64,000 nucleotides of DNA from a virus. Under the pieces are notes generated by a model that saw only the letters and a list, made by a program, of their open reading frames with translations, searched no databases and was not told where the DNA came from. Both the position numbers and the translations under genes were made by a program. Below are positions 1-7,982 of the stretch, in pieces (position 1 is the first letter of the stretch; every line of letters starts with the position of its first letter). Location of the stretch: positions 16,435 to 80,434 of the IMG/VR virus record IMGVR_UViG_3300036852_000353. One strand, given 5' to 3'.

Positions 1-1
1 G

Positions 2-559
2 CCGCCCGAAAAGCCCGACGGCTACCCGCCCTACCACAACTACAAGCGCGACCGCGAAGCCGTCCGCCTCAAGGCCATGGGCTGGGCACCGGAAGACATC
101 GCCGAAAAACTCGGCCTCACCAGCGACCGCGCCGGTGGCCAGCCGGACCCGCAGCGCGCCGTCGCCGCGATCAAACGCGGCACCGCCCTGCTCCACCAGG
201 TCAACGTGGACGAAAAACGCCTCGAACAGCTGCAGCACTACGAAATGATGAAGCAGCACATCTGGGCCAGCATCAACATGGAACACGTCCTCGTCCAGCA
301 GGGCAAAGTCGTCTTCCAGGACGGCGTCCCCGTCGAGGACCGCCGCTTCGCCCTCGAAGCCTTCGACCGCCTCAACCGCATCGAAGAGTCCATCTCCAAC
401 CTGCTCGGCACCAAGGCCGCCCAGCGCTTCTCCGTCGAGGCCGACCAGCTCGGCACCGAGATCAGCCAGCTCATCTCCCTCATCAACACCGACGACACCA
501 TCCAGGCCACCACCGAACGCCTGGACCGCACGGCCCTGGAAGCAGGAGACGAGACGTGA
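2..559 (+). CDS. Terminase small subunit-like HTH protein (5' partial)
   Basis: Frame is open from the window edge; RDREAVRLKAMGWAPEDIAEKLGL is HTH-like; acidic helical C-terminus; lies upstream of TerL. Confidence 0.6.
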   Translation, partial: PPEKPDGYPPYHNYKRDREAVRLKAMGWAPEDIAEKLGLTSDRAGGQPDPQRAVAAIKRGTALLHQVNVDEKRLEQLQHYEMMKQHIWASINMEHVLVQQGKVVFQDGVPVEDRRFALEAFDRLNRIEESISNLLGTKAAQRFSVEADQLGTEISQLISLINTDDTIQATTERLDRTALEAGDET

Positions 560-795
560 GCGACGACGCACAACGCATCGCCCTGACCTACATCAACCTG
601 CGCCTCATGGCCTCCGACACCGAAGCCGCACTGAAGAAGCTGGCCGCGCGCGGAGAGCACGTCGAGTTCCAGGCCGGGATCCTGCTCGGACTGACCGGTG
701 CCAAATACGTGCTCGACGGACACACCGCCGACGAAACGTGGGACCTCCTCAAGCCCCTCGTCGAAGAACTCCGCAAGGACACCGAGGCAGCATGA
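556..795 (+). CDS. Hypothetical protein
   Basis: GTGA overlap with the upstream stop; GC3-rich codons. Confidence 0.7.
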   Translation: MSDDAQRIALTYINLRLMASDTEAALKKLAARGEHVEFQAGILLGLTGAKYVLDGHTADETWDLLKPLVEELRKDTEAA

Positions 796-953
796 GCGAC
801 AGTGAACTCCCCGACAGCCCCCTCACCGACCTCGCCCAGGGCGCCGCACAGCTCCACGAGATGTACGCCTCCTACATGGACGCCGGATTCCCCGAAGGCC
901 GCGCCTTCGAGCTGGTCCGCATGACCCTCGGCCACTTCCTCGACAGCGACTGA
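792..953 (+). CDS. Small hypothetical protein (MSDSELPDSPLTDLAQ...)
   Basis: ATGA overlap, GAGG RBS. Confidence 0.7.
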   Translation: MSDSELPDSPLTDLAQGAAQLHEMYASYMDAGFPEGRAFELVRMTLGHFLDSD

Positions 954-965
954 CCCGGAGAAGCG

Positions 966-1076
966 ATGCTGCGTTTCCACCGCACCCACTACACCACCAT
1001 GACCGGCCGCCTCATGGAAGCCACCTGGTGGCAGCTCGGCGACCGCATCTTCCGCCACCGCCAGCGCGCCCTCTGA
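966..1076 (+). CDS. 36-aa hypothetical protein
   Basis: GGAG RBS then ATG; MLRFHRTHYTTMTGRLMEATWWQLGDRIFRHRQRAL; ends just before a hairpin. Confidence 0.45.
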   Translation: MLRFHRTHYTTMTGRLMEATWWQLGDRIFRHRQRAL

Positions 1077-1081
1077 CATGC

Positions 1082-1120
1082 GAAAGGTCCGCCCCTCGAA
1101 AAACAAGAGGCGGACCTTTC
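1082..1120. terminator. Hairpin, probable intrinsic terminator between convergent units
   Basis: gaaaggtccgcc...ggcggacctttc inverted repeat. Confidence 0.65.
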
Positions 1121-1183
1121 ACAACCTCAGCATGAGCCGGGGTCAGAACTTCTTGACGGTTGCCGTCCCACTGTAACATGCGA

Positions 1184-1216
1184 AAGGACCGCCCCGTAGC
1201 AAGTGGGGCGGTCCTT
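1184..1216. terminator. Hairpin, probable terminator downstream of tRNA-fMet
   Basis: aaggaccgcccc-9nt-ggggcggtcctt. Confidence 0.65.
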
Positions 1217-1247
1217 CGTTAAGGCAGGCCCAACGTCCTGCACTGCG

Positions 1248-1322
<75 letters not shown>

Positions 1323-1334
1323 TCCTGCAGTGTA

Positions 1335-1643
1335 TCACTCGATCTCGCGGTAGCAGGGAATCACCCACGCGTTCTCACCCGCCGGACGCCACCCCGCCAG
1401 CGCCGTCAGCGCCAGCTTCTCCACTTCCGACATGGACAGCGCCCCATACATCGCCCGCCGGTCCGGCATCCACCCCAGATCGATCAGCCGGTGCCCGAGG
1501 CTGTTGCCGGGGAAGTAGCCATGCTGCACATCCTGGTCATGCCACAGCTCATGCTTCTCGATGTCCGTGCCCGCCACTGACAGCCACCACTGCCCGAAGT
1601 CATCGATCCACGCACGGGCGATCCGCATGTCATACCTCGTCAC
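1335..1643 (-). CDS. Hypothetical protein
   Basis: GGAGG RBS, GTG overlapping the recombinase stop. Confidence 0.6.
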   Translation of the reverse strand: MTRYDMRIARAWIDDFGQWWLSVAGTDIEKHELWHDQDVQHGYFPGNSLGHRLIDLGWMPDRRAMYGALSMSEVEKLALTALAGWRPAGENAWVIPCYREIE

Positions 1644-2674
1644 ATCAAACCCTCCGTCACACTCTCCTGCTCCTCCGGCCGGTTGTAGCGGTGCACCTGC
1701 GTCCCCTTCACCGACCACCCGCCATGCTCGGCGATCATCATGGACGGCTTGCCCGCACGAAACGCCATCGTCGCACCCGAAGCCCGTGTCGAGTGTGCCC
1801 GGTACGTACGCCCCGACGGCGCCGTGATCCCCGCCTCCAGCGTCGCGCACTTGACCACCCGGCCCAGCCAGTCGCCTTCCAGACGGTAGTCGAGGACCGT
1901 GTAGCCGAAGGACGTCTTGCGCATCTGCCGGAACAACGGCCCGCTGTGGATGCCCTTCGAGCTGAGCACGTTCACCCAACGCCTGAGCGCCCAGACCGCA
2001 TCCGACATCGGATGTGCGCCGCGGTCAACGACGAGCCGACGGCCGCGGGCGCGCTGGTCCTCCTTGGACTTGGCGATGGTCATGACGACCTTGCCGTGGG
2101 TGAAGTGGATGTCTGCGATGTCCAGGCCCACGATCTGCGAACGCCGCGCGAACGCACCGGTCGCCAGCAACAGACCCGCCCGGTCACGGATCCCAAGTGC
2201 CGTATCTCCGGGCAGAGTTGCGCTCATCGCACGCAGCTGCTCGATGGTGTAGGTGGCCGCCTCATCCGGCCGCCAGCCCGACTCGATCAGCCTGCGCCGG
2301 TACCCGGCCACGATCCGCCAGCAGTCCTCCCGGTCCGGCATGTGACGCTCGGCCACGTTGTGGACGTTCTTGTGGAAGAACACCACGGCGGAGATGCCCT
2401 GCTCGATCACCGTCTGCGAGTGCCCGGCCGTGCACCGGTCGGCCACCCAGTTCGTGAGGTGGTCGGTCAGCACCGGCACCGGGTTGATGTCGTTGTACTC
2501 GCACCACGCAAGGAACTTGCCCCACTCGCGCTTGTACGCGTTGTACGTCTGCGTCGGGACCGAATCGAACAATTGTTGCCAGGCGTTGGCCGACAGACGG
2601 GACCGACGCGCCGGAAGCTGAGCTGACGGGGCATCAGATTCTTCGTCAGGATCGATTCTGACGAGAGTGGTCAT
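1640..2674 (-). CDS. Tyrosine recombinase (Cre-like architecture)
   Basis: RDRAGLLLATGAFARRSQ box I, HSTR (HxxR), GGW and RY C-terminal motifs; N-terminal SAM-like core-binding region; ATG overlaps the HIT stop. Confidence 0.9.
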   Translation of the reverse strand: MTTLVRIDPDEESDAPSAQLPARRSRLSANAWQQLFDSVPTQTYNAYKREWGKFLAWCEYNDINPVPVLTDHLTNWVADRCTAGHSQTVIEQGISAVVFFHKNVHNVAERHMPDREDCWRIVAGYRRRLIESGWRPDEAATYTIEQLRAMSATLPGDTALGIRDRAGLLLATGAFARRSQIVGLDIADIHFTHGKVVMTIAKSKEDQRARGRRLVVDRGAHPMSDAVWALRRWVNVLSSKGIHSGPLFRQMRKTSFGYTVLDYRLEGDWLGRVVKCATLEAGITAPSGRTYRAHSTRASGATMAFRAGKPSMMIAEHGGWSVKGTQVHRYNRPEEQESVTEGLM

Positions 2675-3063
2675 GACGACCACAGCTCCGGAGTGCAGTT
2701 CGGGACCGCCTGCCGGATCCCGCCGCGAGGATCCTCGACGTCCCCGAAATGCCGGGGGATCATATGGATGTGCAGGTGGTCGACGGTCCTTCCGGCCGCC
2801 CGCCCCTCGTTGACACCGATGGTGAACCCATCAGGATGGTGCTCTTCCACCAGGCGCTCGCGCGCGGTCACGCTCAGCGCATAGGCATCAGTCACCTCCT
2901 GCGCGGTCAGATCGAAGAAGGACTCCACGTGCCGCTTCGGCACGACTTCCACATGGCCAGCAGCGGCCGGGAAGTTGTCGTACCGGACGTAGAACGTCTC
3001 GTTCTCGGCCAGGATCCGGTTGAGATCGGCGCGGCCCCGCTGACAGAACAGACACACAGGCAT
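2671..3063 (-). CDS. HIT family nucleotide hydrolase
   Basis: CLFC N-terminus, GHVEVVPKRH, GRTVDHLHIHMIPR histidine triad. Confidence 0.92.
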   Translation of the reverse strand: MPVCLFCQRGRADLNRILAENETFYVRYDNFPAAAGHVEVVPKRHVESFFDLTAQEVTDAYALSVTARERLVEEHHPDGFTIGVNEGRAAGRTVDHLHIHMIPRHFGDVEDPRGGIRQAVPNCTPELWSS

Positions 3064-3174
3064 TCCGCCTCGATGATCGATCAGATGGTTGTCCACCTGA
3101 GGTTGACGCTTGTCGTAGTAAGGCAGCTTACACCAACCACCGTAAACCCCGAGTTGACAAACGAGGAGTTGATC

Positions 3175-3372
3175 ATGCTGCGTCGTTTCGCTCACCGCCG
3201 AGGCTGGCTGTGGTCCCCGTCGTGCGCGTGGATGGGTGTGCCGTTCGGGAAGCACGGGACTCCGCTGCTGCCAGTCAACGAGCGGCATAGGGCCTTGGTG
3301 ATGCGCGGCCATGATCAGTTCAACGAGAGTATGCGTCATTTCCTGGGGGAGTCATGTCGAACTTCGAACTGA
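3175..3372 (+). CDS. Hypothetical protein
   Basis: GAGGAG RBS 6 nt upstream of ATG. Confidence 0.45.
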   Translation: MLRRFAHRRGWLWSPSCAWMGVPFGKHGTPLLPVNERHRALVMRGHDQFNESMRHFLGESCRTSN

Positions 3373-3434
3373 TCTTGCTCATCGAAGTAGGGATCATCGC
3401 GGTCGGCAGCCTGCTCGGCTGGCGGCGCCCCTGA
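3354..3434 (+). CDS. 26-aa membrane peptide MSNFELILLIEVGIIAVGSLLGWRRP
   Basis: GGGGGAG RBS; single hydrophobic helix with basic tail. Confidence 0.55.
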   Translation: MSNFELILLIEVGIIAVGSLLGWRRP

Positions 3435-3438
3435 CCCA

Positions 3439-3510
3439 GGGGGCGTGGTGTAACTGGCAGCACGCGGCTCTCCAAAGGCCCTGGTCCGGGTTCAAATCCT
3501 GGCGCCCTCG
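3439..3510 (+). tRNA. tRNA-Trp (CCA)
   Basis: GGGGGCG/CGCCCTC acceptor, CT-CCA-AA loop, TTCAAAT T-loop; one C-C mismatch at the top of the anticodon stem. Confidence 0.88.
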
Positions 3511-3523
3511 CTGTTCGTTTTCT

Positions 3524-3829
3524 CTAACCCTCGCTGACTCGCCGTCCTCGCCGGGCCAGTCGGGCTTTTGCCTGTAGGTCCATCAGGCGTACGCGTGACG
3601 CCTCGCGAGCGGCTCGTTGGGCCTCTGAGTTCCACCAGTCCGATTTCATCCCGTGTTTCGGGCATTCCGGGTTCCAGTTGAGTGCTCCGCCGATGGACAG
3701 GCGCTGGCACGCGCAATTTGCCACGAAGCAGCGCTTCAGGTGCTGGGTGATCCCGCGCCGTACGTACTGCTCGCAGTAAGGGCATTCCGGATTGCGTCGC
3801 CTTTTTGAGGCTTTACGACATTTTCCCAT
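3524..3829 (-). CDS. Cys/His-rich hypothetical protein (possible Zn finger)
   Basis: CPYC...HLKRC, CACQ...CPKH; GACAAGGAAGG RBS at 3841-3850. Confidence 0.6.
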   Translation of the reverse strand: MGKCRKASKRRRNPECPYCEQYVRRGITQHLKRCFVANCACQRLSIGGALNWNPECPKHGMKSDWWNSEAQRAAREASRVRLMDLQAKARLARRGRRVSEG

Positions 3830-3873
3830 GGCACACAGGCCTTCCTTGTCACCAGCATCCTAGGGGAACCAGC

Positions 3874-4137
3874 ATGAGTTTCAGCATCCATGCCGCGGGC
3901 CGTATCGCGGACGTCATCGAGCAGGTCAAGGCCCACGACTTCGGGGGCGGCGACACCTCGCAGGCCGAGGCCGTGAGGGCGTTTGTGCTGTCTGAACTGC
4001 AGGCGTGGCCGGATGGTCCTTATTACCGGGGTGTCGTCGTCGAGTCGTCTGGCCACCACGATGGTAGCTCGCGGAATGTGACGCTGACGCTGCGTGCACT
4101 GCATATCCGGGAGCCGAAGCCGGAGGGTGATGCGTGA
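3874..4137 (+). CDS. Hypothetical protein
   Basis: AGGGG RBS; stop overlaps next ATG. Confidence 0.7.
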   Translation: MSFSIHAAGRIADVIEQVKAHDFGGGDTSQAEAVRAFVLSELQAWPDGPYYRGVVVESSGHHDGSSRNVTLTLRALHIREPKPEGDA

Positions 4138-4403
4138 TGGCGCGGTGTGCATCATGCGATGAGCCGGGGATCGGCGACATGGCGCAGCATCAGTGCGGTA
4201 GCAAAGAGCGCTTGATGAGGTACTTCGAGTTCGGTCATCTGCCCGTCAAGCTGCAGCACGTCTCGCGGCATTTCTACACGGTGGCCGATCTGGTGCGGAA
4301 TACGGTGCCGGACGGTCCGGAGAAGACGGTGTGTCTGCGGAAGCTGCTGGAGGCCAAGGACTGCGCGGTGCGGGCGGCGCTTGATCTGCCGGACGTTTCC
4401 TGA
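4134..4403 (+). CDS. Small helical-hairpin protein, possibly Acb2/Tad1-like
   Basis: LMRYFEFGHLP...PDGPEKTVCLRKLLEAKDCAVRAAL; translationally coupled on both sides; family recognised from memory only. Confidence 0.45.
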   Translation: MMARCASCDEPGIGDMAQHQCGSKERLMRYFEFGHLPVKLQHVSRHFYTVADLVRNTVPDGPEKTVCLRKLLEAKDCAVRAALDLPDVS

Positions 4404-4756
4404 TGAGGGTCCGTACGGTCGCGGTCGATTTCGACGGCGTCATCCACGCCTACAGCAGGGGTTGGCAGGACGGCTCGATTTATGATCCGCCGATGTGCGG
4501 TGCTCTGGATGGTCTGCGGACGCTGATGGCGTTGTATGCGGTGTTCATCTTCACCACTCGTGATCCCTGTCAGGTTGCGGCGTGGCTGACGGCGCACGGT
4601 TTTGTCTGCCGCACCGAGCATGAGGGTGAGTTCTGGAATGAGCAGGGGGTTCTTCTCGTGACGAACCGGAAGCTTGCTGCTGTGGCGTACCTCGATGACC
4701 GCGCTGTCCATTTTGAGGACTGGGATCAGGCGCTGGCTGATCTTGCGGACGTGTGA
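4403..4756 (+). CDS. HAD-superfamily phosphatase-like protein
   Basis: VAVDFDGVIH (DxD motif I), FTTR, RK and YLDD motifs. Confidence 0.8.
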   Translation: MRVRTVAVDFDGVIHAYSRGWQDGSIYDPPMCGALDGLRTLMALYAVFIFTTRDPCQVAAWLTAHGFVCRTEHEGEFWNEQGVLLVTNRKLAAVAYLDDRAVHFEDWDQALADLADV

Positions 4757-5103
4757 TGGGCGCGCCGCTTTCGTATGTGGTGAAGGCGCCGCGGGTGAGT
4801 GAGCTGGTCGCCTGGCTGAAATGCAATGACGTGGACCCGCAGGATGTGCCGTATTCGTCTTTGGTGTTCGTGGAGACGCCGGACGGTGAGCAGTGGTTCA
4901 TCCGGCACGAGGCGTATGTCCGTGAGGACGGGGTTATCAAGTACGACCCGGTGGCGAATTCCTGGGAGTACATCGAGCAGTTGACCGTGATGGTCAGTGA
5001 TCCGCCGATGTCGTGGCTCGTGGAAGCGGCCCCAACGGGGGATGGAGCCGCTCCCACTGGACCTGTCGGAGCAGAGGATCGACAGATCGTAACCGCACGA
5101 TAG
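4753..5103 (+). CDS. Hypothetical protein
   Basis: Coupled ORF, coding-like composition. Confidence 0.7.
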   Translation: MMGAPLSYVVKAPRVSELVAWLKCNDVDPQDVPYSSLVFVETPDGEQWFIRHEAYVREDGVIKYDPVANSWEYIEQLTVMVSDPPMSWLVEAAPTGDGAAPTGPVGAEDRQIVTAR

Positions 5104-5120
5104 CAGGTCGTGCGTACACC

Positions 5121-5354
5121 ATGAGTACGGAGAACATGATGTCCAAGATGCCTGACCTCCCGGAGTACACCTTTACGGTATCCACGGAGGGGTTCGACGG
5201 TATGCAGCGTGATGACAAGGTGGAGGCTGCGTACTTCCAGGAGTCCGGCCAGTACACCGTACTCAAGGACGCCACTCACGTGCCGGTGAGCGCGTTCAAG
5301 ACGGCCACGGTGCTGCAGATCAAGCGCTCGGCAGAGCCCCTTGACTTCGACTGA
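5121..5354 (+). CDS. Hypothetical protein
   Basis: ORF overlapping the TerL start. Confidence 0.65.
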   Translation: MSTENMMSKMPDLPEYTFTVSTEGFDGMQRDDKVEAAYFQESGQYTVLKDATHVPVSAFKTATVLQIKRSAEPLDFD

Positions 5355-6851
5355 CGTCGATCTGGAGCAGCTGCGGGACCAGGTCGAACGGCTGGTGCGG
5401 ACCGGTGACACGAAGCGGCTGAAGCTGGTGCATGCGCAGCTGAAGGCGGCGGTGGACCGCAAGCAGGCGGCTGAGCGTGCGGACCGGTGGGCGCAGGATC
5501 CCTCCGCGTGGGTCTCCGACCGGCTGGGTCAGCTGGTGTGGTCGAAGCAGCGCGAGATCATGGAGTCGGTGCGGGACAACCGCAAGACGGCCGTGAGGAG
5601 TTGTCACTCCTCGGGAAAAGTCATGTGGCTTCGCTCATCGTGGCGTGGTGGCTGGATGCGCACCCGCCGGGCGAAGCCTTTGTAGTCACCACCGCACCCA
5701 CGACGGCGCAGGTCCGTGCCATTCTCTGGCGGTATATCCGCCGGATACAAAGACAGCACAATCTGCCGGGCCGTGTGAATCAAGTCGAGTGGTTGATCGA
5801 CGAAGAACTCGTTGCTTTCGGACGGAAGCCTGCCGATACGGATGAGGCTGCGTTCGTCGGTATCCACGCACCCTATGTATTGGTTGTCATCGACGAAGCA
5901 TGCGGTGTGCCGGAGTCGCTGTGGATAGGTTCCGAGGCCATCACCACCGGTCCGTGGTGCCGTATCCTGGCCATCGGCAACCCCGACAATAGCGCCACTC
6001 ATTTCTACAAGGTGTCCCAGCCGGGTTCGGGCTGGAAATCGATCCGGATCTCCGCTTTCGACACGCCGAACTTCACCGGTGAGAAGGTGCCGGAGAAGGT
6101 GGCGGTCTCCCTCATCTCGCAGGAGTGGGCGGAGGAGAAGAAGCTGGAGTGGGGCGAGGGCAATGCCCTCTACAACTCCAAGGTTCTGGGTGAGTTCACC
6201 CTGGATGCCGCTGACACGGTGGTGCGTGCTTCCGATGTGGCGACCTGCTGTCTCGATACCGAGGCCGTCTACTCACCCGCCGATCTCTCCCCGGTGGAGC
6301 TGGGTGTCGACGTGGGTGGCGGGCTCGATGAGACCGTGGTGCGTGAGCGTCGTGGTGTGCTGGCCGGTCGTGAGTGGCGGATCCGTACGGACCGGCCGGA
6401 GAAGATTGCTCCGCTGGTGCTGAAGGCGATCCGTGAGTCGGGCGCGACCGCGGTGAAGATCGACTCGATTGGCGTCGGCTTCGGTGTGATCGGTGAGCTG
6501 CGCAATGCCGCTTCCCGTGGTGAGCACGCGGCCCGGATCATTGGGGTCAACGTCTCCGAGAACCCGCGGGACAAGAAGAAGTTCGCGAACCTGCGGGCGG
6601 AGATGTGGTGGACCCTCGGCCGGGAACTCTCGGCGCAGGGCGGCTGGGATCTGTCGCGGATGGAGAACGGCGACATCACCTGCGCGCAGCTGCTGCAGCC
6701 GCGGTGGGAGCTGGACACCAAGGGGCGAATCCTCGTCGAGCCCAAGGACAAGATCCGGGCAAGAACGGGCAGATCACCCGATAACGCCGACGCACTGCTG
6801 CTCGCGTACTACAGCGGGGCCAAGCCCCGTATCCGATTCCTCAGCAGCTGA
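5341..6851 (+). CDS. terL: Terminase large subunit, read across a -1 frame change at 5613-5619
   Basis: Frame 0 gives WSKQREIMESVRDNRKTAVRSCHSSGK; the -1 frame continues GKSHVAS...VLVVIDEA (Walker B), GNP, and a RNase H-like nuclease (LGVDVGGG, RSPDNADA). Confidence 0.9.
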
Positions 6852-6860
6852 AAGAAAACC

Positions 6861-7067
6861 ATGACAACGAAGACAAAGAACAATCACTCTGTTGCGGGCG
6901 ACCTCATCAGTCTGGTGCTGCAGGTTCTGCCTGCCGCCTATGTGGTGCTCACCGGACAGGCACCGTGGTGGATCCGGGCGTGGCTGGCCACCTGGCTGTC
7001 CCTGTGGCTCATCATGACCGTCGTCCAGGCGGCTCAAAAGCGCGAGCAGCTGAGGGGGGCGCGGTGA
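6861..7067 (+). CDS. Small membrane protein
   Basis: Two hydrophobic helices. Confidence 0.7.
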   Translation: MTTKTKNNHSVAGDLISLVLQVLPAAYVVLTGQAPWWIRAWLATWLSLWLIMTVVQAAQKREQLRGAR

Positions 7068-7345
7068 GCGACGAAGTCTTCGCCGTACCGTGCCGCCCGC
7101 AGACACTTCGGCAGGTGACGGAATGCACCACATCCGGCACGCCGGACAGTCCTCACTGGATGCACCGCAAGCTGACCGGGCTGGCGCATTACTCATGCAA
7201 CTGCGGCTATTCCAGCGGCTGGGTGCCCGTTGGCACGCTGCCGCTGGCGTCGGACTTCATCGACGCCCACATGCCCGATCAGGCATTCCTGGAGCGCGAG
7301 GAGACGCTCCGGCGCATGGAGCTGGGGTGCGCCTGCCATGAATGA
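7064..7345 (+). CDS. Cys/His-containing hypothetical protein
   Basis: GTGA overlap; HWMH...CNCG. Confidence 0.6.
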   Translation: MSDEVFAVPCRPQTLRQVTECTTSGTPDSPHWMHRKLTGLAHYSCNCGYSSGWVPVGTLPLASDFIDAHMPDQAFLEREETLRRMELGCACHE

Positions 7346-7535
7346 CAAGACGACCAACCGCACCCTGCTGCCCCGGCTGTCACCCGGGGCGCTGTCGTCT
7401 GCGGGGTCAGGGCTGCTCGCCCTGGTCACCGTGGCCTTGATCGCTCTCGGTGTCGGCATGATCTATCTGCCCGCTGGTGTCATCGTCGCCGGGCTCGGGT
7501 GTGCCGCTTTGCAGTGGCAGTTTTTCGGCGGCTGA
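7338..7535 (+). CDS. Small membrane protein preceding the portal
   Basis: Hydrophobic ALGVGMIYLPAGVIVAGL segment. Confidence 0.7.
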   Translation: MNDKTTNRTLLPRLSPGALSSAGSGLLALVTVALIALGVGMIYLPAGVIVAGLGCAALQWQFFGG

Positions 7536-7874
7536 CGCGGGCGCGTAGACCAGGTTCCCCATGCCGGGGCGTGACTCCATGTAGTGACGGGTGCCTCTCT
7601 TCTCGGGGTCCGGGGCGAGCTGATCGGCGTAGACGTGCGTGCTGCCGACTGTGAACTGGATGCTGCCGCCGAGTGCGCCAATGTAGCGGACCAGCGTCTC
7701 GTAGTTGACGTTCGGGTAACGGGCTTCGATCGCCGTGACGCGTGTCCTGTGTACGCCCATGCGTTCCGCGAGTTGTGCCACCCCGAGTCCTGTGGCTTTC
7801 CGCAGGTCGGAGAGGGTGCGCGGTGCCGGTGCTGGCTTGTCCGCGGTGGTCTTTCCGTCGGTTGTGATGGTCAT
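7407..7874 (-). CDS. XRE-family HTH transcriptional regulator
   Basis: TLSDLRKATGLGVAQLAERMGVHRTRVTAIE...LVRYIGALGG; GAGG RBS. Confidence 0.8.
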   Translation of the reverse strand: MTITTDGKTTADKPAPAPRTLSDLRKATGLGVAQLAERMGVHRTRVTAIEARYPNVNYETLVRYIGALGGSIQFTVGSTHVYADQLAPDPEKRGTRHYMESRPGMGNLVYAPASAAEKLPLQSGTPEPGDDDTSGQIDHADTESDQGHGDQGEQP

Positions 7875-7982
7875 GCAGTTCCTCACCTTGTGGTTCCTCT
7901 CATGATACGGCCACCCCGCGCGGCCTTGGATTCCAAGACGCCCGCCGAGGCGCCTCTTACGAATTGAAGACGGAGGGCCCCG

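Noticed and set aside
3439-3510. tRNA-Trp as a prophage attachment boundary
   Set aside because: Phage genes continue on both sides and no duplicated 3' fragment was found in the window
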